The translations under genes were made by a program, and so were the position numbers. A stretch of 64,000 bases of DNA from NCBI GenBank assembly GCA_963817895.1, contig CAWFQB010000007.1:64001-128000 (forward strand), written 5' to 3'. Of this stretch, positions 21,118 through 31,518 are shown piece after piece. Under the pieces are notes generated by a model, which saw only the letters and a program-made list of their open reading frames with translations, had not been told where the DNA came from and made no database searches. The first letter of the stretch is position 1, and every line of letters starts with the position of its first letter. Source of the stretch: an uncultured Chthonomonadaceae bacterium (lineage in GTDB: Bacteria; Armatimonadota; Chthonomonadetes; Chthonomonadales; Chthonomonadaceae).

Positions 21118-23233
21118 GAAGGGGGGTTGTACCCTGATGCGCCGGGTTTCACCTTCGCCCTGCAAGGCAGAGGGCGAAGGGGCGCTACATTGACAGGTTT
21201 GCGCTTGCAACGTGGGCGATATCGTCGGTTCGGGAAGTTAACCATTTACGGACCCTTAGTGAGAAAATCAGGCAAACCATTCATAGCTGGAATGTATTGG
21301 ATTGAAGTCGCGCGCTTCCAAACCGCAGTGATTTTAATCAGCAGGTAATCAGCAGGATGCTTATGCTCACATGGCGAATTATACTGTAGTTCGTTATTCT
21401 AAACTCGCCTTGTTTCTGGTTTGTAATGTTCGTTCCATTGGGAGAAGACAATGCCGCTTGCAGAAACATTGATTTCCAATGTCGCCCCGGCCATCGCCAA
21501 AGGAATTTTGAAGCGTTGGATTAAAGACGATGTCGGCTTCTTTACAGGGGGCGGCATTGTTGATGCTGTTAAGGCAATAACAACAGACGCCTTCGCGCAA
21601 CAGAAGGGCAAGAATCAATTCGAGAGTATTGGAATACAAGTCGCGGAAAGCCTGTTGCCGATATTTGAAGTGGAAGGCGGACGGTTGGATGAAGGGTCGC
21701 GAAATGCTGTTGCAGCAACTCTTGCCGAAGCTCTGAACAAAGCTGTTATTACGCCCAAGTTGCTTGCTGAAAAAGACCTTGATCCGACAAACCTTGCGAG
21801 ACACCTTAAAGCGGCTATTCCTGACGCAACCAAAAACTACTCACAAGATGAAACTGCGCTTTATGATCGCCTCATCAGCGAATGTAGCCAGTGCATCATT
21901 GATATTGCGTCACAACTGCCGCAGTTCACCGAACGCACTATTGCCGAAGTTCTGCGGCGTGAAGGCCAGTTACTTGATGTTGCTAAGAAGACGCTAGACG
22001 AAGTTCAGCGTATCCGACTTGTAAGTGAAAAATTCAGTCTTGGGGACAAATCAAGACGTTTTGAAGAAGACTACTGTAAATCAGTGCTTCGTACTCTTGA
22101 TAAACTTGAACTTTTTGGAGCTACTCTCTCGCCTGCTAGTTCGCGTCATAAGTTGAGCGTCGCGTATGTAACGCTTTCAGTGCGTCAGCAGGGTTCACAA
22201 GCATCAAATGAACTGCATCAAGAACAAGCAACAGGACTAACCCGCGCTGTGAACTCTATGCCGATTTCACTTCTTCGTTCTAAAGATCAGTTGCAAGAAC
22301 AAAAACAGGAGAATAGCGATTATGATGTTTTATGGAAGTATATGCCGGTAGACCAAATGCTTGGTCGTTCCAAATCTTTACTGCTGCGAGGAGCGACTGG
22401 CTCAGGAAAAACCACTCTTTTGCAATGGATAGCAGTACAATCGGCATCAAGAGCGTTTGATTCTACCCTAGCATATTGGAACGACACAGTTCCTTTTCTA
22501 ATCAGGTTGCGGGACTTCTCGCGACGCCCAATGCCACGTCCAGAAGATTTTCCAAGTTTGATTAGTCCTAACCTTGCAGGCGCAATGCCCACAGGTTGGG
22601 TTCATGATCAACTTAGTTCTGGCAGGGCAATAGTTTTGGTTGATGGCGTTGACGAAGTGCCAGAACAGCAACGTGAACAAGTCCGTGAGTGGATTCAGGA
22701 TTTGGTTCAGACATTTCCTAAATGTCGCTATATAGTTACAGCTCGTCTCCACATTGATGCAGGTTGGTTGCAAAGAAATGTGTTCCATGATGCAGAACTT
22801 CAGCCAATGGATGTTACAGGCATCGCGGAGTTTGTAGACCATTGGCACAATGCTGCCATGCAGGCTCTTGCTGAAGAAAAGAACTACACTGACTTGAACG
22901 ATTTAGCTACAGACTTCAAGGAGCAAGTTAAAAGTAATTTATCAATACGCCATCTTGCAACAAACCCATTGCTATGCGCTATGCTGTGCGCGCTACATCG
23001 GGATAGACATCGTCGAGTTCCCGAAAGTCGGATAGCCCTGTACAAAGCATGCAGTGAAATGTTAATACATAGAAGAGATAATGAACGTGATATTGACCTT
23101 CGGGATTATCCGTCTTTGGATTACGAGCAGAAGCGTCTGCTGCTTGATGATTCCCTGTGTGCCACAATAGGTTGAGACAAAATCCCGTACACGAAATAGT
23201 GTAGATCGCCAGGGCGGAGAATGGATTTCTCAG

Positions 23234-23680
23234 ATGAATACGCCGTTGACAGACAGCCCAACCACTCGCCTCACCAACAATGGACACCACAGCGCGCCCT
23301 CCCCCGCGCTGCGCCCGGAGGCGCAGGTGCAAACGCGCCCCACGCGCCGCCGCTTTACCGCTGCGTACAAGCTGCGCATCCTTAAAGAAGCCGACGCCTG
23401 CGTCAAGCCGGGAGAGTTGGGGGCGCTGCTTCGCCGCGAAGGGCTGTACTCCTCCACGCTTGCCAACTTCCGCAAACTGCGCGAGGCGGGTCAGTTGGGC
23501 GAGAAGAACTCTGCCCAGGCGCAGAAGCAGCGCAAAGACAAAGAAGCCGCCCGCCAACGCGATGCCCGCAGGATGGCCGCTCTGGAAACCGAGAACCAGA
23601 AACTGCGCGTTCTGCTGGAACTCCAAAAAAAAGTAGCGGCCTTGCTCGACCTGACACTGGAAGAAACGCCGCCCGAATAA
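23234..23680 (+). CDS. IS3-family transposase OrfA (HTH)
   Basis: RRRFTAAYKLRILKEADAC...LLRREGLYSS...coiled coil. Confidence 0.9.
   Translation: MNTPLTDSPTTRLTNNGHHSAPSPALRPEAQVQTRPTRRRFTAAYKLRILKEADACVKPGELGALLRREGLYSSTLANFRKLREAGQLGEKNSAQAQKQRKDKEAARQRDARRMAALETENQKLRVLLELQKKVAALLDLTLEETPPE
23625..23633 (+). promoter_or_regulatory. -1 programmed ribosomal frameshift site (A8G)
   Basis: CAA AAA AAA GTA; the -1 frame is open from here into OrfB. Confidence 0.8.
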
Positions 23681-23733
23681 GCCTGGTTGCCGAAGCGGGC
23701 GCAACGACCGGGATTGGCCGCGCCTGTGATGCG

Positions 23734-24708
23734 GTGCAACTGAGCCGCGCCCGCTTCTACCGGGAGCAACACGCTGGTACGGGCACAATCCAAGAAGGCG
23801 TCCTTGTTCCCAAAGCACAACGGGGTTCTCCTCGCCGCTTGTCGGAAGAGGAACGCGCCCTGTTGCTCAATCTACTCTTGTCGGAACGCTTTGTAGACGC
23901 TTCGCCCCGGCAGGTGTATGCGCAATTGCTGCAAGAAGGCGTGTATCACGCTTCCTATCGCACGATGTATCGCCTGCTGCACGAACACCAAGCCATCTGT
24001 GAGCGTCGGCGGGTTCGCAGGCATCCGGCGTATAGCAAACCTGAACTTAAGGCAACCGGCCCTAATCAGGTGTGGACATGGGACATCACCTACTTGAAGA
24101 CGCCCATTCGGGGTCGCTTCTATTACTTATATGTGGTTATGGACATCTACAGTCGTTATGTGGTCGGCTGGATGCTCGCAGACCGGGAGTGTCAATACCT
24201 GGCGCACAAGCTGCTGCAAGAAACCTGTCGTAAATACAACATCGCGCCTAACCAACTCACCCTCCATGCGGATCGCGGCGGGCCGATGAAAAGCCAGTCG
24301 GTAGCGCAGCTCTTACTTTCGTTGCAGGTGACCCGTTCGCACAGCCGCCCGCGTGTCAGCAACGACAACCCGTACTCGGAAGCCGGGTTCAAAACGATGA
24401 AGTACAGCGCCTACTTCCCGGAGCGCTTTAGCAGCCAGGAAGACGCGCAGACGTTCTGCCAGGACTACTTTGTCGGGTACAATACGTGCCACCACCATAC
24501 CGGCTTGGTGTTGCTTACGCCCGAACAGGTGCATTTCGGCGAAGCAACGCAGGTATTGGCGCAGCGGCAAGTCACGTTAGATAACGCCTATGCCGCGCAT
24601 CCGCAACGCTTTCGAGAGCGTCCGCAGGCGGGGCAGTTACCCGACGTCGTCTGGATCAATGCGCCTGCGTTGCCCGTTGGCGAAGGCACAGCACCGGTTG
24701 CCGGTTGA
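23734..24708 (+). CDS. IS3-family transposase OrfB (DDE/rve)
   Basis: PNQVWTWDITYL, MDIYSRYVVGW, LHADRG, NDNPYSEA. Confidence 0.93.
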   Translation: MQLSRARFYREQHAGTGTIQEGVLVPKAQRGSPRRLSEEERALLLNLLLSERFVDASPRQVYAQLLQEGVYHASYRTMYRLLHEHQAICERRRVRRHPAYSKPELKATGPNQVWTWDITYLKTPIRGRFYYLYVVMDIYSRYVVGWMLADRECQYLAHKLLQETCRKYNIAPNQLTLHADRGGPMKSQSVAQLLLSLQVTRSHSRPRVSNDNPYSEAGFKTMKYSAYFPERFSSQEDAQTFCQDYFVGYNTCHHHTGLVLLTPEQVHFGEATQVLAQRQVTLDNAYAAHPQRFRERPQAGQLPDVVWINAPALPVGEGTAPVAG

Positions 24709-25935
24709 GTGGCGAGGAATGACTGCTCGCTACATAAAAATACTTTCGCTTTTTGTCTCAAAATCCTTGACACATTCCGATTTAGCCTTTTGGATGATGG
24801 AGAATAGTTATTCTGTAGCACCTATGGAAGAAACTATAAACCGTCTTAATTGGCGAGCTACAGGATTACAGGGTCTTCCTGAGAACGCAAATGCTGAAAG
24901 TATTATGAAGCTTCTACTCGAAAGAACTGGTATTTTGCGGCAACCAGTTGTCGGGCAGTTGGACTTTGCACATAGATCATTTCAAGAATTCTTTGCAGCT
25001 CAAGCCGCAATAGATGCAGGAAACGTAAACGTTTTAGTAGATCATGCTACTGATGACCAGTGGCATGGCACTATTGTACTGGCAGCAGGTCTCGCGAGAG
25101 GCAAGGCTGGGAACAACTTGCTTGATGGTCTTATCAACCGAGGTGACAAAGAAACCAAGTTCCGCTATCAATTGCATCTACTTGCAACAGCTTGTCTTGA
25201 CACTGCGATTGAGTATAGTCAAAAAACAAAAGAAAAGATAGTTGCTCGCCTAACCCCTCTTGTTCCGCCGAAAAATTTTTCAGAGGCAGCATCTTTAGCG
25301 TCAGCGGGAGAACTTGCTATTCCTCACCTTGCTGCTTCAGAGGCGCTTACTGATAAGATTGCCGCTTCCTGTGTACGAACATTAGCTTTAATCGGGGGTG
25401 AAAGAGCCTTGGATGTTCTAGCTAACTATGCTGATGATAATCGCAGGATCGTACAAGCAGAATTACTTCACGCGTGGCATCGTTTCGACTCCAACATTTA
25501 CGGACGTAAAGTATTATCTAACATGTATAAAGATGATCCCTTTCTTGAATTCCGTGACCTTTCTTCTCTTGAAGGCCTTCAGTATTTGGAGAACCTTGAA
25601 ACTTTGTACCTGATAAAGTGCAAAAAGGTAGTTGACCTTACTCCTCTGTCTAAATTAGTCAAATTGACAGAGCTTTATCTCGTAGGCTGTGAACAAATCA
25701 CAAATCTTGAGCCATTGCAAACACTTACGCAACTAAATAAACTTGATCTAAGAGAATGTAAAATGGTTCATGATCTTTCACCCTTGAAGGCCTTGCCAAA
25801 TCTGTCCTTATTGGACTTGCGCTCAACATCAGGCACACTTGTTGACAATTACAAGGTTCTTAGGGAAGCGGGACTGCTAAAAGCAACACTGCATTCATAA
25901 TTTCGATATTGAGGGAGTACAATTTGGCTACCCAC

Positions 25936-26253
25936 ATGTTTACAATAACTATGTCCGATGAAGTGCTTGCTCAATTGAGGATACGAGCGCAGAAGCAAAA
26001 AGCGCCGAGTTTGGAAGATTATGTTCGTGTTCTGATAGAGAAGGATGTCGAAACAGACAAACAGTTGTCTTCTGATTCAAACGACTCTGTTGCGACAACA
26101 CGTTCGCTGGCGGACATTTTAGCGCCAGTTCATCAGCAGGTAGAAGCCAGTGGCATCTCTGATGAGGAACTGGATGCGCTTTTCGACACGTTACGTGATG
26201 AGGTTTACAAGGAAAAGCAGGAAGCAAAACATCCTGTAGGACAGACAGCGTGA
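25936..26253 (+). CDS. Small ribbon-helix-helix-like / antitoxin-like protein
   Basis: TITMSDEVLAQLRIRAQ...SLEDYVRVLIE, acidic C-terminus. Confidence 0.6.
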   Translation: MFTITMSDEVLAQLRIRAQKQKAPSLEDYVRVLIEKDVETDKQLSSDSNDSVATTRSLADILAPVHQQVEASGISDEELDALFDTLRDEVYKEKQEAKHPVGQTA

Positions 26254-26306
26254 ACCCGGTTTCTGCGGAAAGAGTGAAAGAGAATTCTGAAACGAGAGAA
26301 GCAGTT

Positions 26307-28230
26307 ATGCTACAAAATCAGTCTTCATCGTCTATTGTGCTTCAACCCGGCGCGTTTACGCCCCTGCCGCTCGGCGGCATTTTGCCGCGTGGCTGGCTGC
26401 TGAAATCAGTGCCGTATTCAGGCGGACGGTCTGACCGGGCATCTGGAAGAGTTCTGGCCCGATCTTGGCCCGGATAATATGTGGCTTGGCGGCAGTCGGG
26501 AGGGATGGGAGCGCGGCCCCTACTATCTCGACGGGCTGGTTCCCCTCGCCCATCTGCTTGGGGATACGCGGCTGATCGGCATGGCGCAAAAGTGGATTGA
26601 CAGCATCCTTTCCATGCAAGATGAGACGGGTTGGATCGGGCCGGTTCGCTCAACGGCCTCCTCCCGGTCGTATGACCAGTGGCCGATTTTCATTGTGTTC
26701 AAGGTGTTGACGCAACACTTTGAGGCGACGGGCGACGCGCGCGTGATTCCGGTCATGCTGAATTTCGCCCGCTATCTGCGCGACACGCTGGACGAGCGGC
26801 CTCTGTTCTCGTGGGGGCAGATGCGTTGGGCCGATCTGGTTTTGTCGCTGCACTGGCTTTACGAACATACGAACGGCAACGAGAGCAGCGAGGATACCGG
26901 CTGGCTGCTGGACGTGGCGCGGAAAGCGCAGACACAGGGCTACGATTGGCGCGAACACTTTGAGAATTTTCGCTTCACGGAAAAGAACCCACCCGGTGAC
27001 ATAACGCTAAATACGCATGTCGTCAACAACGCGATGGCTGTCAAATGCGGCGGAATCGCGTGGCGGCAAAGCGGGGAGGAAGCCGACAAAGCAAGCGTTT
27101 ACAAAACCATAGAGATGCTGGACACGTATCACGGGCAGGCAACGGGCATGTTCGGCGGCGATGAGCATTATGCGGGCAAGAACCCGTCACAGGGTACGGA
27201 GTTGTGCGCGGTTGTGGAATATATGTACTCGCTGGAAGAATTGCTGGCGACGTTGGGCGATCCTGCTTTTGCCGACCGGCTGGAAAATATCGCGTATAAC
27301 GCCCTGCCCGCCACCTGTACCCCCGACTTTTGGGCGCATCAGTACGATCAACAGGTAAATCAGGTGTCCTGCACGATTGACAAGCGGCAGTGGACTTCCA
27401 ACAACGACGACAGCAACATTTACGGGCTGGAACCCAACTTCGGCTGCTGTACGGCGAACATGCACCAGGGCTGGCCCAAACTGGTTTCCCGTCTGTGGAT
27501 GGCGACGCCGGAGGGCGGATTGGCGGCAGTGGCGTATGGCCCGTGCGTGGTCACAACTCAGGTGGGCAGTGGCGCGACGGTGACAATCACCGAAGACACC
27601 GAGTACCCGTTCCGCGACACAATCGGCTTCACCATTCAGTGCGCGTCACCGACGGAATTCCCGCTGACACTGCGTATTCCCGCATGGACGGAGCGGGCCA
27701 TCATTCAAGTCGGGCATGAACAGATTGAAAAGCATCTGAAACCCGGAACCTGGCACACGCTGGACCGAACCTGGCACAACGGCGATACGGTCCGGCTTAC
27801 CCTGCCACAGCATATTCATCTGGAACGCCGCTTCCACAGTTCGGTATCGGTTTCGCGCGGGCCGCTGGTGTACGGACTGCGCATCGGGGAGCGATTCGAG
27901 CCGATTGGCGGGGTTGCGCCCCATTGCGACTACGCCGTTCACGCCACCACGCCCTGGAACTACGGCCTTGTAATTGACGAACACACGCACAGCAGCGGCC
28001 TTGCCGTCCGCGAACAGCCGCTCGGCGACACGCCCTTCGCGCCCGATGCCGCGCCCGTCGTGATAACCGCCCCGGCCAAACGGGTTCCGCAGTGGCAAAT
28101 GGAGCAGAACTCTGCAGGAACCTTGCCCCAAAGCCCGGTACAGACAGATACGCCCCTAGAAACCGTGGAACTCATCCCCTACGGCAGCACCAATCTGCGT
28201 ATCGGCGAATTTCCTACTATTGGAAATTGA
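26307..28230 (+). CDS. GH127 beta-L-arabinofuranosidase-like glycoside hydrolase (frameshifts near N-terminus)
   Basis: WERGPYYLDG, HVVNNAM, GTELCAVVE, FGCCTANMHQGWPK, LIPYG. Confidence 0.9.
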
Positions 28231-28280
28231 ACACTATCCTTTGCGACATACTCTACACGAATGTACAGGAGGTGAACCTA

Positions 28281-28703
28281 ATGAATGTTCGCTCAAGAAA
28301 CGGGAAAAGTAGCGAATTATTTGTCGCAGGCGAGTTAATACGTAATGGTCTTGATGTATATTTACCGTGCGTTGATGATCAAGCCATTGATATGATTATC
28401 CGTTCGCCAGTAGGCAACTCGGTCAAGCATTATGATGTTCAAGTGAAAAGCGTGTCAGGGCATAACCGAGTAGTAGGGCTGAAAGATATTGAAGAGAAGA
28501 ACGATAATTACATTCTAATCGTTCACTATCGCCATGAAAATAAACCTGATGAGTGTTTCTACCTTACTCGTAGTCAAGTTCTCCAATTTCACAGAAAAGA
28601 ATACAAATGGGGTGATTTGATCCTCTACAAAAGTGACAGGGAGATGCTGGTATCTCAATCGTTATCATTGTTATCAACAAAGATTAAAAACAATGAAATT
28701 TGA
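28281..28703 (+). CDS. Small PD-(D/E)xK-fold endonuclease-like protein
   Basis: GKSSELFVAGEL, VDDQAIDMII, YDVQVKS; AT-rich; RBS GGAGGT. Confidence 0.7.
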   Translation: MNVRSRNGKSSELFVAGELIRNGLDVYLPCVDDQAIDMIIRSPVGNSVKHYDVQVKSVSGHNRVVGLKDIEEKNDNYILIVHYRHENKPDECFYLTRSQVLQFHRKEYKWGDLILYKSDREMLVSQSLSLLSTKIKNNEI

Positions 28704-28752
28704 CTTTGTGCCACTGAATACATTTGATTAGTTGCTGCATCGGATTCTTGAT

Positions 28753-29673
28753 CTATGCCCAACTCAGGTCACGGCTGATGAGCAGTTCCGTCATAGCGGC
28801 GTGGTGTGTGTTCTTCATGGGGATCGCCAGCGTCTCGAAGTGGTGTTTTGCCGCCAGTTCGCATACGCCCGGCGCGTTGTCGTAGGTCATCAGGAAATCG
28901 CCCCGCAAGGCTGCGGCAATGCGGAACAGTTCCTCGTGATCCAGTTCGTTGTGGGCATACAGGCGCGAACCGGCTTTCTTGCCTGCGGCGGTATAGGGCG
29001 GGTCAATGAAGAAAACTGCATCCGAGCGGTGGGCATTGTCGCGCAAAACTTGAAGCCCGTCGCCCTGCACAAAGCGGATGCGGTCGGCAACAGTGGCGAT
29101 GTTGTCAATGCGCGTTTGCAGCGTTTGCGGATACCAGCGCGACGCCAGCCCTTTGCCGTTTTCGCCATGTTTGAGGCGTCCGCTTCCCGGCGCTAAAATG
29201 CCGCCGTGATTGATACGGTTGCGCAGCACAGTTTGAAAAGCTTGTTCGCGTAGATTAGAAGCAGAGCGGTCAAGTTCCGCCTGTATGTTTTCAGGCGTGA
29301 GGTTGAAGTTTATAATTTTTTTCGCCAGCCATGCCGCGTCACCACAAAGAATGGTTTGCTACACGGCAGCCACATCCGCGTCCAGTTCCACCATTGTAAC
29401 GGCTTCCGCCAGCCTTTCAAAAGCAACGGTCAGGCTGATAATGCCGCCGCCCGCGAACGGCTCTATAAACTCCATCGGTTTTTCAGAACGTCCGGCAAGC
29501 CATTGCCGCAAACGTGGAACAAACCACGTTTTGCCACCGGGATAGCGAAACGGACTGCGCTGTGGAACCGACGCGACATTGACAATGGCTTCGCTTTTCG
29601 GCGCATCAAACAGCGCATACTGATATGCCGGTTCACAAACTTGTATCAAGGGGGTTGGACACGGTTCCGCCAC
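28753..29673 (-). pseudogene. Dam-like (D12 class) DNA methyltransferase with an in-frame TAG at 29359-29361
   Basis: SPFRYPGGK, EPFAGGG, FFIDPPY; both ORF halves are in the same frame, reading VAAV*QTIL. Confidence 0.88.
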
Positions 29674-30508
29674 TGTTCAATCTCCTGTTGAGTTGCGCCT
29701 GCAACTGTCCCATAAAAGCGCCCTCGTCACCAGCCTCCGAGCGAGTGATCTTCAACAACGCGGCTTCAAATTTGGTGTAGATGATCTTGTGACGCGCAAG
29801 TTGATAGCGGTTCTGCATGGCATCGTGGAGCGTATCGTAGATCAGCCAAGCCATATCTGCATCGGCTTTGTCTACTTCCTCCAGTTTGGGCAGAGTGTTG
29901 TAGAAGCCACGATGCAGCGCGACCGCCATTTTGCGCTGCCACGAGTTTAAGATACCGCCTTTGAAGATCAGTTGCGGAGCCAGACGTTTGCGGGAGGAGG
30001 AAAGATAATCCGGGCGCGGGTAGTTGCGCTGACGCTTCCAATCCATGTCGAAGCGCGTTAGTGGGTCTTCCATGTAGTGTTCAAAGGGCGTTCGCACATT
30101 GCCCGAAATATAAACCGCCTGCACTTCCAACGCGCCGTAATCTACCACGCGGCCCAATTTATCATAAGAGATGAGTACCACATCAATGTTGCCGGCGGAT
30201 TTGCCTGCGCGGTCATTAAGCTGTACCTCCGTCAGTGAAGTCCAAGCCGCATCCGGCGGAAAGAAGAACTCGGCGGCATCGGTGGCTATGCGCCAATCCT
30301 GCCGAAACCGAACGGGGCAGGTAATCGCCACTTCGCCGCCCGTGCCGAATACGCTGCACACGCCAAGCGGATTTTCGACGCTGCTTTTGGTACAATTCGG
30401 TGAGGTGTTGTTGAAGGGACACAGACGATTACTGCGAACGCGGTCTGCGTCAGGAGAAAGATTATCGGTAGGAAAGCCAAACCCTTCGGCTAAGGGATGG
30501 TTGGGCAT
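29633..30508 (-). CDS. NotI-family type II restriction endonuclease
   Basis: Four-Cys cluster CPF..C.K..GVCS..CPVRF, GNIDVVL, LEVQAVYISG, RPDYLSSSRKRLAPQL. Confidence 0.88.
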   Translation of the reverse strand: MPNHPLAEGFGFPTDNLSPDADRVRSNRLCPFNNTSPNCTKSSVENPLGVCSVFGTGGEVAITCPVRFRQDWRIATDAAEFFFPPDAAWTSLTEVQLNDRAGKSAGNIDVVLISYDKLGRVVDYGALEVQAVYISGNVRTPFEHYMEDPLTRFDMDWKRQRNYPRPDYLSSSRKRLAPQLIFKGGILNSWQRKMAVALHRGFYNTLPKLEEVDKADADMAWLIYDTLHDAMQNRYQLARHKIIYTKFEAALLKITRSEAGDEGAFMGQLQAQLNRRLNSGGTVSNPLDTSL

Positions 30509-30595
30509 AATGCCTGCTTATTCGCGCTTGCGAGGCAATTTTCCTCTGCAAGCATTAAAATTATGCCCAACCACTCACTTGTTGTTCATAGTGTA

Positions 30596-31248
30596 TCAGC
30601 GGGCAATGGCAATGCTGCGGTCAAGGCGAACGCCCATTTTGGTTCCTACCTTCAAATCCACATCCCGCGTGGATTTGCCGCTCTTGATAACGGAACCCGC
30701 GCCGTAGCCCAGCCCCGCGCCAAGTAACGTGTCCACCAGCGTACCCTTGCGCCCTGTGAGGACGTTGACCAGCAGACCCGCGCCCGCGCCGATGCCGACG
30801 TAGGTGAGACGGCTGGGGCCATTGTTGCCCGATTTGGCGACCAGTCTGCCGTCCTTGCGCGTGACGGTTTTGCTGTTTGGGTCAATGGGCGTTCCGCTGA
30901 TAGGATAGGAGCGGCCGCCGGGCATCACGATGCGGGTGAAATCCAGGTCCAACTTGCCGGGTTCTTTGCCGCTTTTGGCTTCGGCGGAGCGCACAACCCC
31001 TTCCACTTTCGTGCCGTCCGGCAGTCCGGCGTTGTTGTTGCCATCCCCATTGTTGACGGTTGCGGTAAACGCATCGCCTTTGCGCCGTCTTTGGAGTTCA
31101 GGGCGTCGTTGAGTTTGACCGCGATCACCGTGCCGGATTCCAGCGTCGTTCGATTGCGCTGTCCCTGCGCGGGCAATGCCAGAGTTACCGGGAGCAGCAA
31201 CGCGGTCAATCCCATCGCCGCTGCCTGTTTGAAACTATTGCGTATCAT
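30596..31248 (-). CDS. Secreted protein with TrbI-like beta domain and glycine zipper (frameshifted)
   Basis: Signal peptide, GTVIAVKLNDAL, EGVV, LDLDFTRI, IGAGAG, VDLKVGTKMGVRL. Confidence 0.7.
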
Positions 31249-31518
31249 GTTTTTCCTCTTTCCTGCCGTATTCATGTTGACGGCAGCACAAAAAAGTAGC
31301 CGTATCTATGCAGATAGACGTAACAGGCGTACATTCCGTTCCTTTGTTCCATCCCAGCACACGCAGTGGAAAATATGCCGCCCCTGATTGTTTCTACCCT
31401 CCTCCGGCAAACATACTTTTGTCGCAAACGTATGATTATGGAGTGATATGTAAGCGTTTGGCAGGGACAGAGCGCCTTTCAAAACGGCTTTACTTTCAGG
31501 CGGCAAGGCGGGCAGAAC

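Larger units (their letters stand above)
23153..24779 (+). mobile_element. IS3-family insertion sequence (about 1.63 kb)
   Basis: Imperfect terminal IRs sharing TTGAGACAAAA; target duplication ATT or GATT on both sides; orfA plus orfB; GC-richer than the flanking NACHT gene. Confidence 0.92.
21451..25900 (+). pseudogene. NACHT NTPase with C-terminal LRRs (bacterial NLR-like), interrupted by an IS
   Basis: Walker A GATGSGKT, Walker B LVDGVDE, LATNPLLCAMLC, FAHRSFQEFFAA, LRRs such as LQTLTQLNKLDL; removing the IS restores LLLDD-LAFWMM, about 939 aa. Confidence 0.92.

Noticed and set aside
24590..24781. N-terminal part of the 436-aa ORF as an independent gene
   Set aside because: Derived from the IS right end; the real sequence resumes at 24782 as the NACHT C-terminal half
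26307..28230. GH127 as part of the defence system
   Set aside because: Host-like composition and an ordinary carbohydrate enzyme; likely a resident gene flanked by separate acquisitions
29359..29361. Genome-wide TAG recoding
   Set aside because: TAG terminates several normal genes here (e.g. 2198, 2853, 10537, 61311), so at most a local event
30911..30918. Avoidance of the NotI site as evidence for specificity
   Set aside because: GCGGCCGC occurs here, and reliable site counts could not be made by eye
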